A stretch of DNA of 64,000 nt from Gammaproteobacteria bacterium (GTDB lineage Bacteria > Pseudomonadota > Gammaproteobacteria > Arenicellales > Poriferihabitantaceae), in NCBI GenBank assembly GCA_030432755.1, contig JAUILZ010000001.1, forward strand, positions 203,388-267,387, read 5' to 3'. The notes below the pieces were generated by a model. That model did no database searches, was not told the origin of the DNA, and saw only the letters and a list, made by a program, of their open reading frames with translations. The translations under genes were made by a program, and so were the position numbers. Shown piece after piece: positions 46,883 through 55,686 of this stretch. The number at the start of each line of letters is the position of its first letter. Position 1 is the first letter of the stretch.

Positions 46883-48289
46883 TTGAGTGACGCAAACCGA
46901 ATCCATTCTGGCGACGGGGATCGCGCCAGTACGGTCGGGGACAAAAACGTCCGCCGCAGGAAAGGCCGGGCCCGTAAGCGCCACGACTATCTCCGTAACC
47001 TGTTGCAGGATCTCACCCCCGGGGAAAGATTCCGGCGCATCACCGAGGACGCCATGTGTATCGGCTGCGGTCTCTGTCAGAGCGTGGCGGGCCCGGACAG
47101 AATTCGCATGCGCCTGGTGGAGAACCTGTCCGAGCGACCAATAGCGGAAGACGAACTTGACGAGGAAACCGTGGCGCGCATTTTCCGTGCCTGCCCGGGA
47201 ACGCGCATCGAGGGACTTCCCGAACGCCTGGTGGAGCAGGACAGTGGCTACGACGACGTCTGGGGTATCTGGCGGCGGATGACGAAGGCCTGGGCGGCGG
47301 AGCCCGGGGTTCGGCATATCGGTTCCACCGGCGGCGTGCTCACCGCCCTCGCGCTCTACCTGCTGGAAAGCGGCGAGGTGGACTGCATAGTCCATGCGCG
47401 CGCCGCGGAGAAGATTCCCGCGTTCGGTGAGCGCGCGCTCAGCAGAAACCGCGCGGACGTGCTGCGCGCGGCGGGTTCGCGCTACGCGCCCACCGCCACG
47501 CTGGTGGATATCGTCGAGATTCTCGATCGTGCCGAAGCCGCCGGCGAGACCATCGCCTTTATCGGCACACCCTGCGACGTCACCGGCCTTCGTAATCTCG
47601 CGACGGAGGATCCCCGGGTGGACAGCATCTGCCGTTACCAGCTTGCCATGGTGTGTGGTGGATTCATGGCGCCCACTGCGCTGTATCGCTTCCTTGCCGA
47701 TCTCGGGGTGGAACGGGACAACGTGAAATCCCTGCGCTACCGCGGCCATGGCTGCCCGGGAGCGACACGAATCGAGACCCGGGACGGGCGCGAGGTCGAG
47801 AAGAACTACCTCGATTTCTGGGGCGAGGACGATTCCGCATGGTCGCTGCCGTTCCGCTGCAAGGTCTGCGCCGACAGTACCGGAGACGCCGCGGATATCG
47901 CGGTGGCGGATACCTGGATCGGCGGCGCGCCGTCGTGGGATGGCCAGGACGCCGATCCGGGCACCAACGCGGTCATCGCGCGCAGCAGCGCTGGCGAAAA
48001 CCTGCTGGCGCGCGCCGTGGCGGCAGGATACCTGGCCACCGGGGAAACCCTGACTCCCCGGGATCTCGATAGCTATCAGCCGCACCAGGTGGCGAAGAAA
48101 CGGGCGGTCTGGGCGCGTTTCGTCGGCATGCGCAGCGCCGGGCGTATCGTTCCCGATGTGGCCCGCCTGCGCCTGAAGCCCCTCGCGAGGAGCAACACCC
48201 CGGTGGAAAACCTGGCGCAGGCGCGTGGCACGAAACGTCGCTGTCTCGACGGCAGCAACAGTGAGCCGCCGCCGAAGCCGGTAGACTGA
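46883..48289 (+). CDS. coenzyme F420 hydrogenase/dehydrogenase beta-subunit-like Fe-S flavoprotein (FrhB family)
   Basis: 468 aa with a TTG start (uncertain). Ferredoxin motif CIGCGLCQSV, GSTGGVLTALALYLLESGEVD and a C-terminal FRCKVCADSTGDAADI block typical of the family. Confidence 0.75.
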   Translation: MSDANRIHSGDGDRASTVGDKNVRRRKGRARKRHDYLRNLLQDLTPGERFRRITEDAMCIGCGLCQSVAGPDRIRMRLVENLSERPIAEDELDEETVARIFRACPGTRIEGLPERLVEQDSGYDDVWGIWRRMTKAWAAEPGVRHIGSTGGVLTALALYLLESGEVDCIVHARAAEKIPAFGERALSRNRADVLRAAGSRYAPTATLVDIVEILDRAEAAGETIAFIGTPCDVTGLRNLATEDPRVDSICRYQLAMVCGGFMAPTALYRFLADLGVERDNVKSLRYRGHGCPGATRIETRDGREVEKNYLDFWGEDDSAWSLPFRCKVCADSTGDAADIAVADTWIGGAPSWDGQDADPGTNAVIARSSAGENLLARAVAAGYLATGETLTPRDLDSYQPHQVAKKRAVWARFVGMRSAGRIVPDVARLRLKPLARSNTPVENLAQARGTKRRCLDGSNSEPPPKPVD

Positions 48290-48314
48290 TTCGCATCATC
48301 CCGCCCACCGCGAA

Positions 48315-48327
48315 GTAAACTGTCACC
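48315..48327. repeat. 13-nt inverted-repeat arm GTAAACTGTCACC (partner at 46752-46764)
   Basis: Read directly. It abuts the puuE start codon. Confidence 0.5.
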
Positions 48328-49236
48328 ATGATCAAGGAACCTGAAAGAGATCTCGTCGGCTACGCCGGTAAACCGCCCCACGCGGACTGGCCGGGTGGCG
48401 CGCGCGTGGCCGTGAACTTCTGCGTCAATTACGAGGAAGGTGGCGAGCGCTGCATCCTCAACGGTGACGATCGTTCGGAAGACAGGGTATCCGACCTCGT
48501 GGTCGAGAGCCGGGTGGGCGCGCGTGATCTCAACATGGAGTCCAACTACGAGTACGGCGCCCGGGTCGGCTACTGGCGTCTGTTGGAGGCGTTCGCCGAT
48601 CGCGGTCTGCAGGCCACCGTCAATCTGGTGGGGCTCGCCGGTGAACGCAACGAACTCGCGCTGCGCGCCATGGTCGAGGCGGGTTTCGACCTCCAGCCCC
48701 ACGGCTGGCGCTGGATCGACTACCACACCCTGACAGCGGAAGAGGAATCCGAACATATTGCGCGCAGCATCCGCCAGGTGGAGGAACTGACCGGGGACAA
48801 GCCCCTCGGTTACTACGCCGGCCTGCCATCGATCAATACCCGCCGGCTGGTGGTGGAGGCGGGCTGCTTCCTCTACGACTCCGACGCCTACAACGACGAC
48901 CTGCCGTACTGGACCACCGACTTCGGCAGGCCGCATCTCGTGTTGCCCTATTCCCTCGACACCAACGACTCGCGTTTCGGCCGCAAGGAAGGCTTCCAGG
49001 TGGGCGACGAGTTCTTCACCTACATTCGAGACACATTCGACTGCCTCTACCGGGAGGGAGAACGCAGCCCGAAGATGATGACCATCGGCCTGCATGCGCG
49101 CCTCCTCGGCCGGCCCGGGCGCATCGGTGCATTGCGCCGTATCCTCGATTACATGCTGAGCCACGAGCGGGTCTGGATATGCCGCCGGGGAGACATCGCC
49201 CGCCACTGGGCTGAACGCCATCCCTGGCAGGGCTGA
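48328..49236 (+). CDS. puuE: allantoinase PuuE (polysaccharide-deacetylase-type)
   Basis: 302 aa matching the PuuE pattern throughout: RDLVGYAGKPPHADWPGGARVAVNFCVNYEEGGE, YEYGARVGYWRLLE, DDLPYW, MMTIGLHARLLGRPGR. Confidence 0.8.
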   Translation: MIKEPERDLVGYAGKPPHADWPGGARVAVNFCVNYEEGGERCILNGDDRSEDRVSDLVVESRVGARDLNMESNYEYGARVGYWRLLEAFADRGLQATVNLVGLAGERNELALRAMVEAGFDLQPHGWRWIDYHTLTAEEESEHIARSIRQVEELTGDKPLGYYAGLPSINTRRLVVEAGCFLYDSDAYNDDLPYWTTDFGRPHLVLPYSLDTNDSRFGRKEGFQVGDEFFTYIRDTFDCLYREGERSPKMMTIGLHARLLGRPGRIGALRRILDYMLSHERVWICRRGDIARHWAERHPWQG

Positions 49237-49252
49237 GGCCCTTTCGTTTCCC

Positions 49253-50128
49253 GTGTCGATCCGCCGCCTGCAGACCCTGGTCGCATTCGCCGATACCGGC
49301 TCCTTCGCGGGCGCCGCGGAGCGGGTGCACCTGACCGCGGCCGCGGTGGGCCAGCAGATGAAGGCGCTGGAGGAGGAGATCGGCCAGCCGCTGTTCGACC
49401 GCGACTCCCGCGCGCCGACACTCAACGCCCGCGGCCAGGCGATGGTGCCGCGGGCGCGCAAGCTGTTGCGCGACTACCAGGCGCTGATCGCCGGTCTCGA
49501 GGTAGAGGAGGTGCCTGAACTGACCATCGGCGCGGTGAGCACGGCAATGACCGGCCTTATCCCCGAGACACTGCTCGCGCTACGCCAGAGCGAACCACGG
49601 TTGCATCTGCGCATCGTGCCGGGCCTGTCAGCTGACCTGCTGGGTCAGGTGGACCGCGGTTCGCTGGACGCCGCCGTCATCAGCCAGCCGCGTCGCGAAG
49701 CGCCGCACCTCGCCTGGCAGACCGTGGCGGTGGAACCGCTGGTGCTGGTCACGCCCGCCGGGTTGGAAGACAGCGATCCGGTGCGCATTCTCAAGGAATT
49801 CCCTTTTATCCGTTTCTCCCGCAACGCCTGGGTCGGCGAGCAGATCGATAACTGGCTGCTGGGGCAGGGCATCACGGTGCGCGAGAGCATGGAGCTGGCA
49901 AGCCTCGAGGCGATCCATACCATGGTGTCGGCGGATCTCGGGGTCTCCATCGTGCCGGAACACTGCATTCCCCCGCGCCGGCCGATGCCCGTGCGACGCA
50001 TTCCCCTGGACGACGAGCTGGTTCGGGTGCTCGGCCTGGTCTGGCGCCGGGACAGCATGGCGTACGGGGCGATAGCGCTGTTGGCGGAGTTGTTCACGTC
50101 CCTGGCATCAACAGAAAACAAAAGATAA
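49253..50128 (+). CDS. LysR family transcriptional regulator
   Basis: GTG start. N-terminal HTH IRRLQTLVAFADTGSFAGAAERVHLTAAAVGQQMKALEEEIG plus a LysR substrate-binding domain. Confidence 0.9.
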   Translation: MSIRRLQTLVAFADTGSFAGAAERVHLTAAAVGQQMKALEEEIGQPLFDRDSRAPTLNARGQAMVPRARKLLRDYQALIAGLEVEEVPELTIGAVSTAMTGLIPETLLALRQSEPRLHLRIVPGLSADLLGQVDRGSLDAAVISQPRREAPHLAWQTVAVEPLVLVTPAGLEDSDPVRILKEFPFIRFSRNAWVGEQIDNWLLGQGITVRESMELASLEAIHTMVSADLGVSIVPEHCIPPRRPMPVRRIPLDDELVRVLGLVWRRDSMAYGAIALLAELFTSLASTENKR

Positions 50129-50186
50129 TTTTAACTCGAATAAAAAATATATTTAAATAACAAAAACTATCTTTAGTTAAAATCGA
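50110..50186. promoter_or_regulatory. extreme AT-rich island between lysR-type gene and the complex-II-like operon
   Basis: About 77 nt with only 13 G/C by my count, in an otherwise GC-rich window. It contains TTAACT...AGTTAA inverted hexamers and TAAAAT 7 nt before the ATG at 50190. No SD is present. Confidence 0.6.
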
Positions 50187-50189
50187 TCC

Positions 50190-50936
50190 ATGAGCGACGG
50201 GATCGACAATGCTGCAGCAACCGACACGCTGGACGTCCGCGTCTGGCGCGGCGACGAACGGGGCGGCGACTGGCATGCCTACCGGGTGCCGGCGGCGGCA
50301 AACCAGACCGTGCTCGACGTGGTGACCTGGATCCAGCGACACCGCGAGCCCAACCTGGCGTATCGTTTCGCCTGCCGCGTCGGGGTCTGCGGCTCCTGCG
50401 CGATGTCCGTCAACGGCGAACCGCGCTGGACCTGCCGCACCCACGTCCAGGACGCAGCGCGGGATGGCGTGCTGCGCATCGGGCCGTTGCGCAACCTGCC
50501 GCTGGTTCGCGATCTCGCCTGCGACATGGCGCCGTTCTTCGACCGCTGGCAGGAGGCCGGGGGACGTTTCGTTCCCTCGTCCGACCGCCATGCGGATATC
50601 GCCGCGATCTCGCCCGAGTCGCCGGCGCGCCGGATTGCGGACGCCGCGATCCAGTGCATCAACTGCGCGGTCTGCTACGCCGCCTGTGACGTGGTGCAGT
50701 GGAAGCCGGACTATCTCGGCCCCGCGGCGTTGAACCGCGCCTGGTCGCTGGTGAACGACGAGCGCGACGCCGGGAACAAGGATCGGTTGCGCGCGGTAGC
50801 GGGTGATGCCGGCTGTCACAACTGCCATTCGCAGCATAACTGCACCCGCTACTGCCCGAACCAGCTCGACCCCGGCGCCTCCATCGCCGGGCTGAAGCGC
50901 ACGACGATGAAGGCCGCGCTCAAGGGACAACTGTGA
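50190..50936 (+). CDS. succinate dehydrogenase/fumarate reductase-type iron-sulfur subunit
   Basis: 248 aa with cluster motifs CRVGVCGSCAMSVNG, CINCAVCYAACD and CHNCHSQHNCTRYCP. Confidence 0.85.
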   Translation: MSDGIDNAAATDTLDVRVWRGDERGGDWHAYRVPAAANQTVLDVVTWIQRHREPNLAYRFACRVGVCGSCAMSVNGEPRWTCRTHVQDAARDGVLRIGPLRNLPLVRDLACDMAPFFDRWQEAGGRFVPSSDRHADIAAISPESPARRIADAAIQCINCAVCYAACDVVQWKPDYLGPAALNRAWSLVNDERDAGNKDRLRAVAGDAGCHNCHSQHNCTRYCPNQLDPGASIAGLKRTTMKAALKGQL

Positions 50937-50949
50937 GCGAGATTTGTTG

Positions 50950-51279
50950 ATGCCGATCCGTCTTTACATGCTGCAACGCCTGAGCGCCCTGGTGATGGCG
51001 CCGCTGGTGCTGGTGCACCTGGCGGTGATAATCATCGCGGTCAGGAGCGGGCTCGACGCCGAGACCCTGCTCGGCCGCACCCGCGGCAGCCTGGTCTGGG
51101 GCCTCGTCTACGGCACCTTCGTGGTGGCGGTGTCGATCCATGCCGCCATCGGCCTGCGCACCGTGCTGGACGAATGGGCGCATATCCGCGGCAAGGCGCT
51201 GGACGCGGCCATGTGGGCGATCGGGCTCGGTCTGCTCGGCCTCGGCTCGCGCGCGGTGTACGCGGTGACCGTGGGGTGA
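50950..51279 (+). CDS. complex-II-type hydrophobic membrane anchor subunit
   Basis: About 110 aa with three TM helices and conserved His contexts (LVHLAV, SIHAAIGLR). ATG 50950 is preferred over TTG 50944. Confidence 0.65.
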   Translation: MPIRLYMLQRLSALVMAPLVLVHLAVIIIAVRSGLDAETLLGRTRGSLVWGLVYGTFVVAVSIHAAIGLRTVLDEWAHIRGKALDAAMWAIGLGLLGLGSRAVYAVTVG

Positions 51280-51286
51280 TGGCCCG

Positions 51287-51637
51287 ATGATCCCTCCCCA
51301 TCGCCGCCACGGCCTCTGGCTGGCCTTCTTCCTCCACCGGCTCTCCGGAATCGCCCTTGCCCTGTTCCTGCCGGCCCATTTCCTCGTGCTCGCACTGGCG
51401 CTGACGGACCCGGCGGCGCTGGACGGTTTCCTCCACTGGGCCCACCAGCCCGTGGTGCGCGCCGCGGAGATGGGGCTCGTGTTCCTGTTGTCGGTGCACC
51501 TGTTCGGCGGCCTCAGGCTCATGGCGCTGGAATGGCTGCCCTGGAGCCCGCGGCAGAAAACCCTGGCGGCGCTTGCCACCGCCGGGTCGATGTTCGTCGC
51601 GCTCTGGTTCCTGCTCGCAAGCGCCCAGGCCGCCTGA
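51287..51637 (+). CDS. complex-II-type cytochrome b membrane subunit
   Basis: 116 aa with three TM helices. FLHRLSGIALALFLPAHF resembles the SdhC heme-ligand region. Confidence 0.65.
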   Translation: MIPPHRRHGLWLAFFLHRLSGIALALFLPAHFLVLALALTDPAALDGFLHWAHQPVVRAAEMGLVFLLSVHLFGGLRLMALEWLPWSPRQKTLAALATAGSMFVALWFLLASAQAA

Positions 51638-51640
51638 ACC

Positions 51641-53389
51641 ATGCGCTCGCCTGACACCCTCGATACCGACATCCTGGTAATCGGCGCCGGCGGTGCCGGG
51701 CTGTTCGCCGCCCTGCACGCGCTGCAGGCCAATCCGGACCTGAAGGTCAGCATCGCGGTGAAGGGCCTGCTCGGCAAGTGCGGCTGCACGCGCATGGTCC
51801 AGGGGGGTTACAACGTTGCCCTCAGCCCCGGGGACTCCGTGGAACGCCATTTCATGGACACCATCATCGGCGGCAAGTGGCTTCCACACCAGGACATGGC
51901 CTGGCGGCTGGTGGAAACCGCGGTGACGCGGGTGCGGGAGCTGGAGAACGAACTCGGCTGTTTCTTCGACCGCAATGCCGACGGCAGCCTGCACCACAAG
52001 GCCTTCGCCGGCCAGACCTTCGACCGCACGGTGCACAAGGGCGACCTCACCGGTATCGAGATCATCAACCGCCTGATGGAGCAGGTGCGCGGCCTGCCGG
52101 TCAACCGCCTGGAGGAACACCGCGTGCTTGGTCTGCTGCCGGCGCGGGATGGCGGTGGCATTGCGGGGGCGCTGATGACAGACATGCGTAGCGGCGAATT
52201 CCGCGTGGTGCGCGCACGCGCGATCCTGATGGGCACCGGCGGCGGACCCACCATGTACCGATACCACACCCCGTCCGGTGACAAGTCCATGGACGGTCTC
52301 GCCATGGCGCTCCGCCTCGGTCTGCCGCTGCGGGACATGGAGATGGTGCAGTTTCATCCGACGGGCCTGCTGGCCGGGCCCGACACGCGCATGACCGGTA
52401 CCGTGCTGGAAGAGGGGCTACGTGGCGCCGGCGGCCACCTGCTGAACGGCGCGGGCGAACGTTTCATGGCGAACTACGACGCCGCCGGCGAGCGCGCCAC
52501 CCGCGACATCGTCAGTCGCGCGATATATGCCGAGATGCGCGAAGGTCGCACCACGCCCCTCGGCGGGGTGTACATCGCCATGGCCCATCTCGGCCCCGAG
52601 GTGGTGGCGAAGAAGTTTCCCGGCATGGTGCGGCGCTGCGCCGACTGCGGCTTCGACCTTGCCGCCGGCCGCGTGGAAGTGGTGCCCACCGCGCATTACC
52701 TGATGGGCGGCGTGATCTGCGACCGTGACACCCGTACCGACCTGCACGGTCTGTATGTCGCGGGCGAGGATGCCGGCGGTATGCACGGCGCCAATCGCCT
52801 CGGCGGCAATGGCGTGGCCAATTCCACCGTGTTCGGTGGCATCGCCGGGGAAACCATGGCCGCAGACATCGCCGGCCGGCGCGGCGCGCTCGCGGACCCC
52901 GATCCGGCGGCGCTGGAAGGTGAACTGGATCGCGCCATGGCGCCCCTCGGCCGCCAGGGTGGAGATGTGCATGCCATCCGCGACGGCCTGATGGACGCGA
53001 TGTGGGACCATGTCGGCATTCTTCGCTCCCGGGAGGGGCTCGAGCAGGGCATCGCACGACTCGGGGAACTCCGCACGGCCCTCGACGCCAGCGGCATCGG
53101 CGGCCAGGACCTGCGCTTCAACCTCTCCTGGCATGACTGGCTCAACCTCGACAACCTCGTCACCATCTCCGAGGTGATCTGCCGCGCGGCGCTCTCGCGC
53201 GAGGATTCCCGCGGCGCCCATTTCCGCGAGGACTTCCCCGAGACCGGGGAACTGGAAACCTCCGCCTTCACCGTGGTACAACGAAAAAATGATGCGCTAC
53301 ATGTCACCCAGTCGCCGGTGGAATTCTCCATCGTCCGTCCCGGGGAATCCCTGTTGCCGGCGGAAGCCGCCGCAAGCGTAGCCCGATGA
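51641..53389 (+). CDS. succinate dehydrogenase/fumarate reductase-type flavoprotein subunit, lacking the covalent-FAD histidine
   Basis: 582 aa with DILVIGAGGAGLFAAL, QFHPTGL and HGANRLGGNGVANS. Where SdhA/FrdA read R-S-H-T-x-A-A-Q-G-G, this protein reads G-C-T-R-M-V-Q-G-G. Confidence 0.85.
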   Translation: MRSPDTLDTDILVIGAGGAGLFAALHALQANPDLKVSIAVKGLLGKCGCTRMVQGGYNVALSPGDSVERHFMDTIIGGKWLPHQDMAWRLVETAVTRVRELENELGCFFDRNADGSLHHKAFAGQTFDRTVHKGDLTGIEIINRLMEQVRGLPVNRLEEHRVLGLLPARDGGGIAGALMTDMRSGEFRVVRARAILMGTGGGPTMYRYHTPSGDKSMDGLAMALRLGLPLRDMEMVQFHPTGLLAGPDTRMTGTVLEEGLRGAGGHLLNGAGERFMANYDAAGERATRDIVSRAIYAEMREGRTTPLGGVYIAMAHLGPEVVAKKFPGMVRRCADCGFDLAAGRVEVVPTAHYLMGGVICDRDTRTDLHGLYVAGEDAGGMHGANRLGGNGVANSTVFGGIAGETMAADIAGRRGALADPDPAALEGELDRAMAPLGRQGGDVHAIRDGLMDAMWDHVGILRSREGLEQGIARLGELRTALDASGIGGQDLRFNLSWHDWLNLDNLVTISEVICRAALSREDSRGAHFREDFPETGELETSAFTVVQRKNDALHVTQSPVEFSIVRPGESLLPAEAAASVAR

Positions 53390-54351
53390 TCGAACTCAAC
53401 CAGATCGAGGAAGCCGCCTGCCGGATCATGGCCAATGCCGCCATAGACATCCCGGACGACTACCGCCAGGGCATAGAGACCATGGTCAACAGCGAGTCCG
53501 GCGACCTGTCCTGCTTCGTCCTGAAGACGATGCTCGAGAACTGGGATGCCGCCACCGCGGACCGCCGGCCCATGTGCGCGGATTCCGGCCTGCCCAGGTT
53601 CTACGTCAAGGTCGGAGACAACGCGCGATTCAGCGGCGGGTTCACCGGCCTCGAGCGCGCCCTGCGCAGCGCCACCGCCCGCGCCACCCACGACATCCCC
53701 CTGAGGCCCAACCGGGTGCATCCGCTCTGGCGCACCGACCACAACAACAACGTCGGCATCAACGCGCCCGAGATCGAGTGGAGCTTCGAGCCCGACGTCG
53801 ACTGGATCGACATCACCACGGTACACAAGGGCGGCCTGTTCGGCACCGACTACCGCATGCTGTTCCCCGGCGACGGCGTCGACGGCATCAAGCGCTTCTT
53901 CCTCGACACGCTGGTCGCCTTCGGCAAACGCGGCCTCGCCTGCCAACCGGCCATCGTCGGCATCGGCCTCGGCGGCTCCAAGGACACCTGCATGGTGCTC
54001 GGCAAGCAGGCCGCCTGCCTGCGCACCGTAGGCGATCGCAACCCGGACCCGAAGATCGCCGCCCTGGAGCTCGAGTTACAGGAGATCGGTAACAGTATCG
54101 GCATGGGCGCGATGGGCTTCGTCGGCAAGTCCATGGTCGCGGACTGCCATATCGAGGTGGGTTACACCCACACCGGGGGCATGCCCATGAGCGTGCATAC
54201 GTTCTGCCTGTCGTCCCGCCGCGCCACGGTGCGCATCGCCGCGGACGGCAGCGCCGCCTACCGCACCGACCCGCAATGGTTCACCCCATACATGCGAAGA
54301 GAGACCGTTTCATGGCAGAGCCCGTCACAGGATTCAAGACAGTCCGGCTGA
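53386..54351 (+). CDS. Fe-S hydro-lyase alpha subunit (class I fumarase / tartrate dehydratase TtdA type)
   Basis: ATGA overlap with the flavoprotein stop. 321 aa with CADSGLPRFYVKVG and VHKGGLFGTDYRML, typical of the fumarate hydratase class I N-terminal domain. Confidence 0.8.
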   Translation: MIELNQIEEAACRIMANAAIDIPDDYRQGIETMVNSESGDLSCFVLKTMLENWDAATADRRPMCADSGLPRFYVKVGDNARFSGGFTGLERALRSATARATHDIPLRPNRVHPLWRTDHNNNVGINAPEIEWSFEPDVDWIDITTVHKGGLFGTDYRMLFPGDGVDGIKRFFLDTLVAFGKRGLACQPAIVGIGLGGSKDTCMVLGKQAACLRTVGDRNPDPKIAALELELQEIGNSIGMGAMGFVGKSMVADCHIEVGYTHTGGMPMSVHTFCLSSRRATVRIAADGSAAYRTDPQWFTPYMRRETVSWQSPSQDSRQSG

Positions 54352-54992
54352 CGGTGCCGGTGACGGATGAGGACCTCGCGGGCCTTGCCATCGGCACCAT
54401 CGTCTACCTCGACGGGGTGATCTACACCGGCCGCGAGGGCGTCTACCAGCGTGTGCTGGGGGACGGCCACCCGTTGCCGCTGGACCTGCCCGCGGTGAGC
54501 AACGTCAACTTCCACTGCTCCCCGGCCGCCTCCGTGGACGACGACGGCAGCTACCGCGTCGGCGGCGTTACCGCCACCGCGAGCTTCCGCTTTGCCAAGT
54601 GGATGACCGAATGGTTCCGGCTGTCCGGGGCGAAGATCATCATCGGCAAGGGCGGCATGTCGGAGGCCCACTACCGGGAACTGTTCCTCCCGGCCGGGGC
54701 GATCTACCTCACCACCGTGGGCTACGGCACCGGCGCGCTGCTCGGGCGCGGCATCCGCGGGGTGCGCGCGGTGCACTGGCTGGAGGAACTCGGCAATGCC
54801 CAGGCGATGTGGGTGTTCGAGGTGGAAAATTTCGGCCCGTTCATCGTCGACAGCGACCTCGAGGGCAACAGCCTGTTCGAGCAGCAGGCGCGCCTCGTCA
54901 ACGCCAACCTGGAAAACCTGTATTCGGGGTTGCGTCCCCCCGCCCTCAGCCGCTACGGCGAAACCGACGATCGCAAGGACGAACTGATATAA
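54312..54992 (+). CDS. Fe-S hydro-lyase beta subunit (class I fumarase C-terminal / TtdB type)
   Basis: Start at MAEPVTGFKTVRLTVPVTDEDL. Motifs GVIYTGREGVYQRV and IIGKGGMS. It overlaps the alpha subunit by 40 nt. Confidence 0.8.
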   Translation: MAEPVTGFKTVRLTVPVTDEDLAGLAIGTIVYLDGVIYTGREGVYQRVLGDGHPLPLDLPAVSNVNFHCSPAASVDDDGSYRVGGVTATASFRFAKWMTEWFRLSGAKIIIGKGGMSEAHYRELFLPAGAIYLTTVGYGTGALLGRGIRGVRAVHWLEELGNAQAMWVFEVENFGPFIVDSDLEGNSLFEQQARLVNANLENLYSGLRPPALSRYGETDDRKDELI

Positions 54993-55046
54993 ACAACCCT
55001 CTATACGTAGTATTTCCAGCGCGATACGGCCCGGGGGCCAGGCGGG

Positions 55047-55052
55047 TATAAT
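55047..55052 (+). promoter_or_regulatory. -10 hexamer TATAAT 6 nt before the cysC ATG (possible leaderless transcript)
   Basis: GGGTATAATCGCGCGATG. No SD and no convincing -35 element. Confidence 0.25.
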
Positions 55053-55058
55053 CGCGCG

Positions 55059-55670
55059 ATGCAAAAATCCAGCAATACCTTCTGGCACCAGGCCACCATC
55101 GATCGCGAGGACAGGGAGAAGCAGAACGGGCATTCCAGCACCATCCTCTGGTTCACGGGGTTATCCGGTAGCGGCAAGTCCACCTTGGCGCACGCGGTGG
55201 AAGAGGAGCTCCACCGCCGTGGCTGCCGCACCACCGTGCTTGACGGCGACAACGTACGCCACGGGCTCTGCGGCGATCTCGGCTTCAGCGAGGCCGACCG
55301 CACCGAGAACATCCGCCGCATCGGCCAGGTGGCGCGACTGTTCGTGGATGCCGGGATCATCGTCCTCACGGCATTCATCTCGCCGTTCCGGGTGGATCGC
55401 CAGCGGGTGCGACGGATGGTGGAACATGCCGACGACTTCATCGAGGTCTACTGCGACTGCCCGTTGGAGATCTGCGAGCAACGCGACGTAAAGGGCCTCT
55501 ACCAGCGCGCGCGCAAGGGCGAGATCAAGGATTTCACCGGTATATCCTCCCCCTACGAAACCCCGGAGCACGCCGATCTCATCGTCTCCACCGGCGAGCG
55601 CAACGTGTCCGACTGCGTGGCCGAGGTGGTCGCCCACCTGGAAGAGCGCGGCCTGATCCAGAAGGCCTGA
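55059..55670 (+). CDS. cysC: adenylylsulfate (APS) kinase
   Basis: 203 aa with WFTGLSGSGKSTLA, LDGDNVRHGL, FSEADRTENIRR and FISPF motifs. Confidence 0.95.
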   Translation: MQKSSNTFWHQATIDREDREKQNGHSSTILWFTGLSGSGKSTLAHAVEEELHRRGCRTTVLDGDNVRHGLCGDLGFSEADRTENIRRIGQVARLFVDAGIIVLTAFISPFRVDRQRVRRMVEHADDFIEVYCDCPLEICEQRDVKGLYQRARKGEIKDFTGISSPYETPEHADLIVSTGERNVSDCVAEVVAHLEERGLIQKA

Positions 55671-55686
55671 GGGAACTGAAAACACC

